This document shows positions 23,101 to 34,721 of a stretch of DNA of 64,000 nt, piece after piece. Location of the stretch: the NCBI RefSeq assembly GCF_032191835.1, contig NC_083236.1, forward strand, positions 27,404,001 to 27,468,000. The letters are read 5' to 3'. This DNA comes from Heteronotia binoei. Lineage: Eukaryota. Position numbers and translations under genes: made by a program. The first letter of the stretch is position 1. Every line of letters begins with the position of its first letter. Under the pieces are notes generated by a model. That model was not told the origin of the DNA. It saw only the letters and a program-made list of their open reading frames with translations, and made no database searches.

Positions 23101-26100
23101 TGGCCTAGTGGGAAGGAGTGCCTAGAGGGGAAGCAAAAGTTTTTTTCTTCATTCCCTAACTTTACACCTATGCTGGGAGCAGGACACAGCCTGAAGGGGC
23201 TTGGGGTACTGTCTAAGCCCAGCTCTTTTCCTGGTATGCCTGGTCATGTCTCTAGGCCAACACTCCTGTGTCAGGTTTGTACAGGTGTGGTGCCAGCAGG
23301 GGCAGGGCACTTTGCTGGCATATCTCCCAGTTACACTGGCATGGGACTTGATTTCTATCCTTAGCATTTTATGGGCTGGCCTTGGGACTGTGCCTCCAGT
23401 GTCTTCAAATCCTTGGCTGATCTAACAAAGCTGCGGATTCTTAATTCTTTCTCTTCTGGAGGAGCCAGTGAAGACACAGCAGTGTAGAAAGCGAGGTGTA
23501 TAAAAAGCAGGGCTGCCAGCCTCCAGGTGGGTTAGAACAAGAGAGAAGTCACTTTGAGACAGAGAGAAATACAACTATACAGTTATAGTGACCAAATAAC
23601 GAAATGATATTAACAATAAAAGCAAGGTACAATTGCAGCGAGGAGTCCCAATGTTTAGGGGATCGACTTGAAACATCCTGCTTCGATCATTCTTCATGCA
23701 TGGGGTGCTCCATTCTTAATAAACATGCAACTACAAAATAAATATAGTATAAGGTTACAACGCACTACAAAAAATGCAAAAAATACAAAAAGGGCAACAA
23801 AGGGGGACGCACTACATGTCTCTTTGTTGGCACATGTGCCTTTGTTGGCCTATTTGTATTTTTTGCATTTTTTGTAGTGCGTTGTAACCTTATACTATAT
23901 TTATTTTGTAGTTGCATGTTTATTAAGAATGGAGCACCCCATGCATGAAGAATGATCGAAGCAGGACATTTCAAGTCGACCCCCTGCACGTTGGGACTCC
24001 TTGCTGCTTATTGTTATTAATGCAATTGTACCTTGCTTAATTGTTAATATCATTTTGTTATTTGGTCACTATAACCGTGGTTGTATTTTTCTCAGCCTCC
24101 AGGTGGGGCCTGGGGATCTCCCAGAATTACAACTAATTTCCATACTACAGAGATCAGTTCCCCTGGAGAAACTTTGGAGGATGGACTCTATGGGATTACA
24201 CCCCCACGGAACTCCTTCCCACACAATTTCCCAAGCCAGTATTGGTAACCCAAAGAACAAGCAGGGCCAGGGGGCTTGGTCTTCTTCTTAGGAGTCTGTG
24301 TAATTTTTAAAAAGGGAGATTCCTATCTGAAGCACTTGCATGTCCTACATTTATTGTTGGGCAAACCAGCTGGGTATGGAAAGGCCATTTTGCTACCAAA
24401 TCAATAGTTCTTCCTCCTCCCTCTAGGCCTTCTTGCCTTTACTGAAGAAGGCTGCCCATGCATGCCAGCAGAAAGGCTTGAGCTGCGGGAAAGCTGCCAT
24501 CATCAATATGTCCACCATCCTGGGATCTATTGAGAAGACCCCCGAAACCTATTTCTTCATGCCTGTGGTCTCCTATCGCTGCAGTAAGGTAAGCATCCCT
24601 CTGTGGGATGTAGACAAAATCTGGCGTTTCTGTTAATTAGGCTCCATGGTAGAAGAGTGCTTAGGCTTGATGTCAAGCTGCCAATGATATAGTGCTATCG
24701 TCATGAGTAAGTTGTGATCCATCTGTGACTCCAGGATGGAGTCCATGTTGAAATTGTTCTTTTAAAAAATCAGGATTACGAACGGAGATAAAGGCCACTT
24801 CCACACAGGGGTGGGAAAAGCCACCCCCCAGGCTGCGAGCAGATGGGCAGCCTTGCTCTGGCAGCCTCTTGGCTTTAAAAAAGCAGGTGCTGTTTGAGGC
24901 ACGTCGTGGCAATCAGAGGGCGCATGTCCAACTGCCAAGAGAGGCACAGGCCATGCATGCAGCAAAGGAGCAGTCACACCTTGCACATACAAGGTGTGTA
25001 CATGGCACGCCCCAGCCATTCAGATAGCTGGGAAATGTGCCATGGAAGCATCTCAGTGATTTGCCAATGGGAAGTACCTGGTGGCTATTAGAAGTGGAGT
25101 CGAAGCATTGGAAGATGAGGTAGATGTGATTGCATGGTGGGGCCCAGATGTGCCCATGTGACCATGTGTTTTTAATCCAGGGGTGTGGGATGGCTATGGC
25201 AGGGCAAATGTTCCATCTGAATGAAGCCCTGCTGTGGAAGCAGAAGCACATATAGTACAGGTAGGTCGGATGCACACACCTTGTCCCCAAGGCCCAAACT
25301 AATCACTGCTGTCTCTGCCCCTCCCCCATTATGTCAGTGCAGAATCACTGATGAGTACTGTTGGCAACACCCCTTCCCCTTTTCACAGGGTTGAAATTGA
25401 GGGGATGGGAGAAAAGCAGAGTTTAGTTCTGTCCTGTTGAAGGCGAAGTTTTTCTCCACTTGCTTCTCAGATCACCTGTGAGCTGAGCGTCCACAGAGAA
25501 GTTCTGCCTGCAGCTACTCTGCTATTTCCCCTTTAAGTCAGAACAAAGTCAATTCACGCTACATTAAGGGGGAAATCCTTGAAACTCCACAAGTTGTGCC
25601 TAGAAGGAACAAAGTCTTGTGTGGAAGTTGTTCCCAAGAGAGGAGGTGTGCTGTGTTTCACACACCAAAAAACTCCATGGGCAAGCAGCCCAAGTGTCTT
25701 GATGGGCCTGCATCCTATGAGATAAATCTTCACAATTCATGGAAGAATTGTCCTCTCCTTATTTATTTGTTCTGTTATTTGATGGGTGCCAAAATGCTGA
25801 ATCTGTTTGTGTTAGGACACCCATTATATATTCCAGAGTCAGGCTGCATGAGGGGAGCAGGGTATGCACCGTGTGATCACTACTGTAAGCGATAGCACTG
25901 GCCATTGTATAATTCTGCCCTTAAAATTCTGCCCTCAAGAATAGGCTACTGTAACGCCCTTTACATGGGGGCGCCCTTGACGCGAACCCGGAAGCTGCAA
26001 CTAGTGCAGAATGCTGAAGCCAGGTTGTTATTGGAGCTACCTTTACGGGAGCACATCCAACCTGCGCTGGAGACATTGCTCTGGTTGCCTGTGGCGTTCT

Positions 26101-29100
26101 AGGCTCGCTTCAAGGTGTTGGTGATGACCTTCAAAGCTCTATATGGCCTGGGACCTGCCTACCTCTGGGACCGCCTGATTTATTTATTAATAAATATTTT
26201 ATAAATTTATTTATTTATCAAATAAATATAAAACTAGCCACCTAATGCAGTAAATTTACACCAGTAGCTGTTGCTTCAAGAAAATAGTCTTCATGCCAGG
26301 AACCAGAAAGACTTTGTGGCTGGTGTTGCAGTTTCCAGCTATGGCAGGGGAAAGTCATCTTGTTTTCTACAGTCCTTCGGTCTTACCCAAGCCCTCTCCT
26401 TATTACAGCCGTTGTCCCACTTTTTTGTCCATTCAAACCCCATGATCCCCAGAGTAGTCAACAGTGACTCTTCCTGCCTTTTTCACCTGCAGAAAAGTTG
26501 GCTGAATCCAACCACAGGGTTCAGCACTTAGTCCTCAGTTTCAGTTCGTAGGAGGCAAAGCTGAGAAAGATTTTTAACTCAGATCTGGCTTGAAGAGCTG
26601 AACTGAGCAGCCTTTGACCATACACTGCTGGCTGGGAGTGGGAAGGAAGAGCTGGGTCCATGTCCGGGCCAAGGCAAATCTTCAATGCCAGTCTTATGAT
26701 GCCAACCTGGGTTCAGCCAGTGATCCATATGGTTAACTTTATTGACCCCTCCTCCTGCTTTATGATTTGATCTGTTATTTAGTGTCATTTTTTATTCATG
26801 TGTTGGTCTCTTTTCAGGCTGCTCTGAACATGCTCACAAAGTGCCAGTCAATGTGTTACAAAGAGGAAGGGATCTTGTGCACCGCAATACATCCTGGCTG
26901 GGTGAAAACTGACCTGGGAGGTCATCAGGTAGATTTCTCCGTAGTATCTTGGGAGTTAAAGGTCTCTTGCAAGCAATGGGGTCTTGGGCTTTGCCACCAT
27001 AAGTGCTAGCATGAATTGCTGCAGAATTCCATTTCCTTTCCTGATGGCATTCGTTTCAGTTCAGCCCATTTCCACTCAATTCCAACAATCACAGTGCACA
27101 AATCAAACAGGACAGATCTTAGAACTTAGCATAATACCCCTTACATAGACTTGATTGCAATAGATAGGAATTTTGCCACTGGTAATATAAGCTTTCACCA
27201 AAAAGAAAAAATTGAAACCACACACATGGATGATATTCTGCAAAGTTTAGAAATCCAAGGCACCAGCAAATCACAGTGTGACCCTTAATAAAGACTACAA
27301 GATAATCACATGTCAGAACAGATTCTACAATATTACTTCCACAAAAATATGCCCTTTCAGACTGAGGAATTTGCTTAAATCTGACCTCCAATGAAACGAA
27401 TGGTTTTTAATGGCATTAGTGTTTTCTCGCATCACCTATAAATAATGGGTTCAAAAGAAGGAGCAAGTGTTCTTTCCACAGGAAGAACACCATGCTTTTT
27501 ACACTGCCTGTCTTAAGAAGGTAGCTTATTTTCTCTCTTGCTGATACAAGGAGAACATCAGGGTTGCCATGAGTAGTTTGTGACTTGATGACACACATTA
27601 TTATTTAATTTTGCACCCCCCGCCCATTCACATAATCTCTCCAGGAAAGTAAATGCATGCCTGAGAGCTTCTCTGTTCCTTGGGTGTTCAGTATGAGCGT
27701 GAACCTGCCTTTGCCTTTTCTCTCAGCATGTCCATTTATCTGTTATTTGCAGTTGATTCACTTCCATTTGCCTGCCAAGTCATCTCAGAAAGCAATACAT
27801 GACATTCTTTACTCAGATTCATTGATTGTAGAATTTCAAGTAGGCTTTAAGAGCTCTTCATACATGTGGGATCTTGTTCCTGCCAAGGTATACAATACAT
27901 TGTTCCAGGATCCATCTACTATACTCTGCCCTGGGAACTGACAAGCAGATGTGCATTGGGAGTTCCCAGGTAAATCGCAAGATTCTCAGGTCTGCAGGGG
28001 CCTGATTTGGATCTTTACAACATGAATGGGGAGAAGGGTCTCAAACCTCCTCTTTGCACCATTTTCCTGATCTGCTGTGGCCCTGAGGATCTGTTAGCTG
28101 CCCCATTAGGGACATTTACGTGTAACTCATTGGCATGCATGCTGCCCACAATAGGACAAATCTTGACTCCCCAAGACTGTTTCAGGTTGGGAGAATGGTA
28201 TAGAGGGAAGGCTTAAGTCCTCTCTATCTGCAGGTCACGGTTCTGATCCAAATTTGGGTTCCTGTTTGCCTGGGAATCAATTATCACCCAGGAATTTCTG
28301 GAGCACATCTGCTGGGGATGGATCCAGGAATAACATATCATGTATTGCTTTGTGAACCAGATTTATTTAATTATTTATTATTGTATTTCTGTGATGCGTT
28401 TCTCCCCAAAGGTGCTTACAAGAACTTCCAAAATACAAAGCAACCTATTTAAGCAATACAATTTAAACAAGAGAACAAGCAAAACAAACGCATTGTGGGA
28501 AGGGGGCCCGATTCACCATTATGGCTAACTACAGATGACTCACAAATGAGCCCAGAAGTTCCAAACCAATAGGCTTTGCATCCAAATGTTCAATTTTGTT
28601 TATTTATCTATTTATTTAATTCATTTATACTCTGCTTTTCTCCCCAATTGGGACCCAAGGCAGCTTATATCATTTTTCTCGCCTCCATTTTATCCTCATG
28701 ACAACCCTGAGAGGTAGGTTAGGCTGTGACTTGACCATGATTCCCAGCAAGTTTCCATAGCACATGGAGGTTCGAGCCCAGGTCTCCCATATATTAGTCT
28801 AACACTTTTAACTACTAATCTACACTGGATTTTGTAAGTCAAAGTATTTGTTTAGTGACTTGAAGTGCTGCATGTCACAGATGTGACCGTTTCCCACCAT
28901 CACCCTCCTCCCTTTATCATGCCAGATCTTTCCAGAAGATGAAACCAAAATAGGGTAGCCAGGACAAATTCACTGTGAAATAGCAAATACTTTCTGCAAG
29001 ATGTTTTGCAGAAGTTGCTCGGAGTGCAAGCATTATGATAAGTGCAGAATGTGGTCTATTTTTAGCTACATCCAGACAATTCTCCAGTTTGCCCCCCACA

Positions 29101-29416
29101 TCTACATGCTGGCGTTTGACTGAGGCTGTAACATCTTGGTTGACACTAGACTCCAAGAGAAACCAAGTGATGCACCAGCAGGCTAGGAAATACACAGGCG
29201 GTCTTTAGCAAGACAGTCATCAATCAAGTCCCTTCCCCACCCTTGTGGATGTGCCACTTTGGTTGCCTTTCCTATTTTCTGACAACCTTCTGAACATTGC
29301 AGGCTGACATTACCGTGGAGGAGAGCGTGAAAGGCATTATGAAAGTACTTTGCAACCTCTCTGAAAAACAGCACGGGGTCCTGGTCACTTGGGAAGGGAA
29401 CGTTCTGCCATGGTGA
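13987..29416 (+). CDS. C-factor/sniffer-like SDR oxidoreductase, paralog 2 (complete, 6 exons, 257 aa, probably NADP(H)-preferring)
   Basis: Exons of 147+52+188+162+111+114 = 774 nt join in phase. TGANRGIG Rossmann motif, Arg in TCR after beta-2, NNAG, YRCSK, HPGWVKTDLGG. Good Kozak context (ggcATGG). AATAAA at 29511-29516. Confidence 0.95.
14200..14879. repeat. 139-bp inverted duplication (arms 14200-14338 and 14741-14879)
   Basis: Manual alignment shows 4 mismatches in 139 bp; the same peptide appears on opposite strands in the ORF track. Confidence 0.95.
16776..16827 (+). CDS. SDR paralog 2 exon 2 (ELRNMASKHSNLIILPL)
   Basis: 52 bp, phase 0 to 1; ttttcttgtag acceptor, G/gtaggt donor. Confidence 0.9.
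17550..18273. mobile_element. Longer 'agggttgcc' family non-autonomous DNA transposon; opposite-orientation copy at 62686-63150
   Basis: Ends in ttggcaaccctag; body (tgaggtagaggcaccaaatttt, ccccagatatttcttga) is the reverse complement of the 62686 element. Confidence 0.75.
18705..18870. repeat. Degenerate ~44-bp minisatellite, about 4 units
   Basis: Repeated accttttat...tccaaaa..agaacacagtc..ataat units. Confidence 0.65.
19108..19396 (+). mobile_element. Sauria SINE with (ACCTTT)n tail
   Basis: gagccccgtggcacagagtggtaaagctgcag head; flanking direct repeat tattaaaacatta at 19082-19094 and 19396-19408. Confidence 0.88.
20596..20897 (+). mobile_element. Sauria SINE inserted in a MITE (a second 3' SINE fragment lies at ~20437-20535)
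   Basis: Full head-to-tail match to the 19108 copy; cctga repeated at both flanks. Confidence 0.85.
22426..22613 (+). CDS. SDR paralog 2 exon 3 (EATDPSSVDAAAK...LINNAG...PMLVTK)
   Basis: 188 bp, phase 1 to 0; missed by the ORF track; cctttttag acceptor, AAG/gtaagt donor. Confidence 0.93.
23532..24092. mobile_element. Fold-back (hairpin) insertion flanked by 15-bp direct repeats, family unassigned
   Basis: Arms 23565-23803 and 23839-24092 are reverse complements with a 35-nt loop; cagcctccaggtggg at 23517-23531 and 24093-24107. Confidence 0.85.
24427..24588 (+). CDS. SDR paralog 2 exon 4 (AFLPLLKK...NMSTILGSI...YRCSK)
   Basis: 162 bp; ctctag acceptor, AAG/gtaagc donor. Confidence 0.94.
25930..26180 (+). 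mobile_element. L2-clade LINE ORF2 3' fragment (longer copy with 3' tail at ~57545-58345)
   Basis: SRIGYCNALYMGAPL...RKLQLVQNAEARLL...EHIQP.L..LLWLPV, a typical L2 C-terminus. Confidence 0.85.
26818..26928 (+). CDS. SDR paralog 2 exon 5 (AALNMLTKCQS...HPGWVKTDLGGHQ)
   Basis: 111 bp; ttttcag acceptor, CAG/gtagat donor. Confidence 0.94.
29303..29416 (+). CDS. SDR paralog 2 terminal exon 6 (ADITVEESVKGIMKVL...EGNVLPW*)
   Basis: 114 bp to TGA at 29414-29416. Confidence 0.92.
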   Translation, partial: ADITVEESVKGIMKVLCNLSEKQHGVLVTWEGNVLPW

Positions 29417-29789
29417 GAGCCCTGAGTGTAGCAGGAAGGACCAAAGATTCAGCTGGCAACACGCAAGGACCTTTGCACTTCTGTATGTTGGTACAATGAG
29501 GCTTTTTAAAAATAAAGTCTTGATGAGCAACTTGTCTTGAATCCCTCTGTTCTGTGTCCCAATATGACATTTAACATGTTTGCTGCAGGATCTTTCAACA
29601 ATGCATGGTCTAGTGTTCTCAGCCCTGCCTGCCTGTACCTGTCAGCGCTACAACCTCTCAACCTGGTCAAGAAAACACACTCATGCTGAAATCTGTACCC
29701 TGCTAGCTACCCCATCATTCCCTTGAGGGAGGCTTCTTTAATCATTCAGGCCTGCTAGCTCTCACAATAACTGTGAGGTAAGCAGCTGC

Positions 29790-29930
29790 CCTGACCTGTC
29801 AGATCTTGGGAGCTAAGCAGGGTCAGCCCTGATTAGTATTTGGATGGGAGACCACCAAGGACTTCCAGGGTCACTATGAAGAGGAAGGCAATGACAGACC
29901 ACCTGTTAGTCTCAGCTGTGACTTGATAGC
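29790..29930 (+). mobile_element. 5S rRNA-derived SINE (5S-Sauria-like); other copies at ~39335-39540(-), 39600-39790(-), 62350-62530(+)
   Basis: cagatcttgggagctaagcagggtcagccctgattagtatttggatgggagacc matches the 5S rRNA internal control region, followed by a Sauria/BovB-like tail. Confidence 0.75.
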
Positions 29931-32900
29931 AGGTTACACATGCAGCAAACAGCCAAACCCAATGAACATTATGAGGGAAGAGAGGCAGCATTATGCTGTA
30001 TCGTTAGTAGGGCAGCCTGAACTTCCTCTTGCTTGGAGGATTGTCTTAAATGATCAGATGCTTTGGCACTGTCAGGGCACTTTGGATACCACAAGGAGAC
30101 TTTGTGTAATACTTAGACTTGGCAACTGGGTACCAGAGCCGGTATTGCAGCAGAAGACCCTCTGGCCTTCATCAGTTGCAGTCCAAGGCACACAACAGTT
30201 CTTAGCAACAGAGTGTTGTGGTAGACAAGGAAAAATTGTGTCTTTCCTTGGTGGGAAAGGCCCTTAGCCCAAGGGTTCCCTGGAAAATACACTAATCACC
30301 TGCTTCAATCACTCAGGACCTTCTGAGAACATCTGGACTGACCCACTCAGAAGACATCCCTGCAGTACTATACTAGAGTAATAATAAAGGGACAGAGTGG
30401 AAAGCCTATAAAATACCTTATGACCAACCTGGTAGCACCTGTACAGTCTAGCATGTGGGGAAGAGATTAAGAGAAATATCCCAGAGAGATAGATTATATT
30501 AAGTCAAATAAATTGTCTGCATATTAAAAAGGTTAATTATAAAGGGTGGGGGGAAGGAAAAGTGGTTGGCGTCTAAACTGGGGGTGGGGGGAGAATGACA
30601 GAAAATATAATACAGAGAAAGACAAACAGCTTGGAGAGGTTCAAACGAAAAACAATACAGTTGAGCTAGCTGAGTTAAACACACATTACCTAAGCTTTAG
30701 CAGGTTCCTTAGAGCATGTGCAGCTGCCCTGCCCTGTCAGGTTCCTTGTAGTGATAAAAGATTGAAGAGGCCATTCACTTCTACCCAACTTCCTGTAGAC
30801 TGTTTCTGCTGAAGACTGACATCAAGGGAAAATTCCAAATGTTTACAATAAATGGAACTCAACCTAAACCAGTCCCCTTTCTAAGAATGACAACCTTTCT
30901 CCAATCCCACACAAATCCCCAGCTTTGATGTCAGGGGCTCCTGTTACAAATAGAGTTCCATCTCCATCAAAGCACCTGGCAATGGCTCTGAACTACCATG
31001 ACAAATAAGTGGTCTGCTCCAAACTGGACTATCCTTTGTCCAAAGAGGATTAAGTTTGCCAGGATGGTCCAATGTGGAATGGAAAGGAATGGTCATTCTA
31101 ATGGAACCTTCAATCGAGGTCGCACTCTTGGGCATTAGTAAATGCTAAGGTTACTGTCATATGGAGGTAAAATGTTGGGGGGGGGGGGTGGCAGTAGAAT
31201 AAAGCTTAAGTCCAGTGGCACCTTTAAGACCAACAAAGTTTAATTCTGGATATAAGCTTTCAGGTCCATGTTTCTGAATTGTTGCATGCACTGCTTGGAA
31301 ACTTTTGAAGAGGACGTAGCCTGCAACTGGGGTCCTGGCTTCGCACACAATTGCAGCCTCTGCATCAAGACTTGTGTTTGGCAGTGCTGCCTGGAAAGGT
31401 GAGCTTGTGGCATGTTTCTCAGCCCATCCTGTCTTGGCAGGGCAATGGTTGTTTGTGTGCCAGACAAACAGATCTCTTCTTGAACAAAATGCACCTCAGC
31501 TATATCAGTCCTCAAGCAGACACCACACAGAAAGGTATTTATGAAGGAGAGGGAAAGAAACCAAGCCTCCTTATGCTGAAAAACAGCTTTATTGATTTCA
31601 TATATAAATACAAAGTTTATAATCATCAGAACGGACAGCTCATGTAAGTCTCTCAGTTTCCTCCCAACACTGATTTGATTGCTAAGGGTTAATTCACACT
31701 TGTTAGGGGAAAAACATGTACACTGTAAAAAAAAAAAGTACAAAAAATGGGCAGCCAGTATGGTGCAGTGGTTAGCATGTTGGACTAGGACTTGTGAGAT
31801 CTGGGTTCAAATCCCTTACTCCAAGAAGCCCACTGGTGACTTTGGGCCAATCCATTTCTCTCAGCCTATCCTACCTGTCAGGGTGGTTGTGAGGATAATA
31901 GGAGGAGAAAACTGTTTATGGTGTCCTGAATTCTTTGAAGAAAGGACAGGATAGTAATTTAATAGATAAACAGCTTTTGAAGACAGGTAAGCAGAACACA
32001 TGAATATTTTAAAAGACCAAGTAGACAAATGTGTGCATACATACAAGCATGTGAGAAGGGAAAGCACATAGTCCTTCATTGCTATCTGAAGCATCATCTA
32101 AAAGGCAACACAGCTAGGCCAGCAAACCAACTGTATGCTTTCTCATGCTGGCTTAGGAAAACTTAAAAACCAAATAGGCAAGCCTCTGTGGAGCAAAGCC
32201 AAACCAACTTTTTCTTTAAACAAAGGAAAGTGTCATTCAAGCATGTACAAAGACAGAGGAAGCCACCTACAGTATTGGGGGAGGGACCCATTCCTCCTGC
32301 AAGGATACAAAAGAAATATGATGGGAGGCCTCTAGGCATGCTGCTTTGGTTCCTGTGATGGGAGAAGTGCACTTCAAGGTTCCACAAGGCTTCTTTTTGT
32401 CTGTGCTGTGATAGCATGGCAACCTGCTGGAATTTGCAATTAACTTGAGTGATGTTTCCTTCCATATGACAGGAGTCACACCCAACCAGAGGTCATGACT
32501 GAGCTCATAAACCCTAACACTTCAGAAAGCCTCCCCCCCCCCCGCCTTATCCTCCATGTACATAACCTCCACTTTCACAGGTGCTACCTATTTTGGTTGT
32601 CCGACCATGGGAAAATATTCTCCTGTGGGGTCCTACCAATTTCTAGAGGAAAAAAAAAATCTGTGTCTGTCTCTTGGAAAGTGATTAGTCTAACAATGCG
32701 CTTCAGCTTTTCCGAGGCTTCAGATTGCAAAATGGTCTGTTTAACCTTTTGCAAGCTGCTAACTCTCTAGGAGAAAAGATGGCTGCCTCTCAGCTGGTTT
32801 CTTGAGTATCTCTGAAGAATGTAATGCATGCCTGACTCTCAAAGATACATGCAAGATAGCCTGACATTTGATTATAATTGCCTTTCTAAGTCTCTTATCT

Positions 32901-33261
32901 GCATATGTCACAATAAATTGCTTAATCAGATCTCCTGTGCCAACTGGTAAATCTGCAAATCAAAACAACTGTCCTTACATGCTTAACTACAAGATACTCT
33001 TTTCCAGGATCTGACTGTGGTTCCTTACATTACAACAGACTCTAGCCGATTACTTTTCACACTTGGGAAGCCTGAACGTCAATCTCCAATTCTGACATCT
33101 ATTGCTTTTGCTGTTTTTTCCTGTCCTGTCCACCCAGGCTGACAATTGCCAGACCCCAACTTGCTATTCTTTTAATCTGCTAAAACAATTTTCACTACTT
33201 TGCATACTAGTTCACTGCCCACTCTCTCTATATGTAGGACTGATATGCTAATTCCAACACA

Positions 33262-33402
33262 TACTGTTGTCTGATGAAGTGTGCTGTTAGCAGATGAAAG
33301 CTTACATTGTGAATAAAAGTTCGTTGGTCTTAAAGGTACTATTGGACTCCAACTTTGTTCTGTTCCTTCAGACCAAAACAGCTGCCCACCTGGATCTATC
33401 CA
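33262..33402. mobile_element. Penelope-like element terminal fragment (similar at ~18870-19060, 31190-31270, 49140-49265)
   Basis: ctgatgaag...gaaagcttac...aataaa...ggtcttaaaggt, recalled as a squamate Penelope terminal motif. Confidence 0.5.
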
Positions 33403-34097
33403 CTAACCCAAAGAGCAATGTCAGGGCGTTAGCTTTATAAAGTCTTGTGGGATACTGAGTCCAAGAGAAGCTATTAGAATCCAATATATGTAAAAGCTGG
33501 AAAGACCAAGCCTCAATTATTGATCAATTCTCCAACAATTTATTCTTAATTAGAGTATCAATGACAAAAAATAAAATTTATGAAAGAAATCAGGGTTTTT
33601 TTTGGTAACAGGAACTCCTTTGCATATTAGGTTCCCCCTTGATTTAGCCAATCCTGTAAGAATTTCCCAAACTCTACCACCCCCCATCCCGTGGCCTGTT
33701 TATTTTTACACTTCTCCTTCGTGGCCCACTAAAATTTGGGGGGAATGGAGCCAGAAGACTTTGGAGGTGGAGCCGGGAGACAGGAAATGATGTACAAACA
33801 TGCTTACAACTCTTGCAATATTTTGTTTAGGAAAGGTAGAATAGTGGGATTTTGCAATGCAATTCTAAAAATAAAACTTCAAGAAAAAGCACAAGGATCA
33901 TACAGAAAACTAAAAATATAAAATGCTCTCAGCCTGGGAAAACATGAAATGGCAGGGCATTTCAAGCTTCTCCCCCCCCCCCCCCCGGTCTATTCAGATT
34001 AGCAATGGCAAGGAAAGGAGGGAGGGAGAGAAAAAGAGAGAAAGAAATAGCAGCCCGGGAAAGCATGAAATGGTAGGGCATTTCAAGCTTCTTCCCC

Positions 34098-34721
34098 NNN
34101 NNNNNNNNNNNNNNNNNNNNNNNNNNNNNNNNNNNNNNNNNNNNNNNNNNNNNNNNNNNNNNNNNNNNNNNNNNNNNNNNNNNNNNNNNNNNNNNNNNNN
34201 NNNNNNNNNNNNNNNNNNNNNNNNNNNNNNNNNNNNNNNNNNNNNNNNNNNNNNNNNNNNNNNNNNNNNNNNNNNNNNNNNNNNNNNNNNNNNNNNNNNN
34301 NNNNNNNNNNNNNNNNNNNNNNNNNNNNNNNNNNNAGGGAAGGGAGGANNNNNNNNNNNNNNNNNNNNNNNNNNNNNNNNNNNNNNNNNNNNNNNNNNNN
34401 NNNNNNNNNNNNNNNNNNNNNNNNNNNNNNNNNNNNNNNNNNNNNNNNNNNNNNNNNNNNNNNNNNNNNNNNNNNNNNNNNNNNNNNNNNNNNNNNNNNN
34501 NNNNNNNNNNNNNNNNNNNNNNNNNNNNNNNNNNNNNNNNNNNNNNNNNNNNNNNNNNNNNNNNNNNNNNNNNNNNNNNNNNNNNNNNNNNNNNNNNNNN
34601 NNNNNNNNNNNNNNNNNNNNNNNNNNNNNNNNNNNNNNNNNNNNNNNNNNNNNNNNNNNNNNNNNNNNNNNNNNNNNNNNNNNNNNNNNNNNNNNNNNNN
34701 NNNNNNNNNNNNNNNNNNNNN
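34098..34721. other. Two assembly gaps (34098-34335 and 34349-34721) separated by 13 bp, followed by a purine-rich low-complexity tract to ~35040
   Basis: Runs of n; GAAA/GGAA-rich flank. Confidence 1.

Noticed and set aside
13987-29416. Recent horizontal transfer of bacterial CsgA/C-factor
   Set aside because: The gene has five spliceosomal introns at positions shared with the neighbouring paralog; it is an ordinary vertebrate SDR family member.
29790-29870. 5S rRNA gene
   Set aside because: Only the central part of 5S is present, diverged and fused to a SINE tail.
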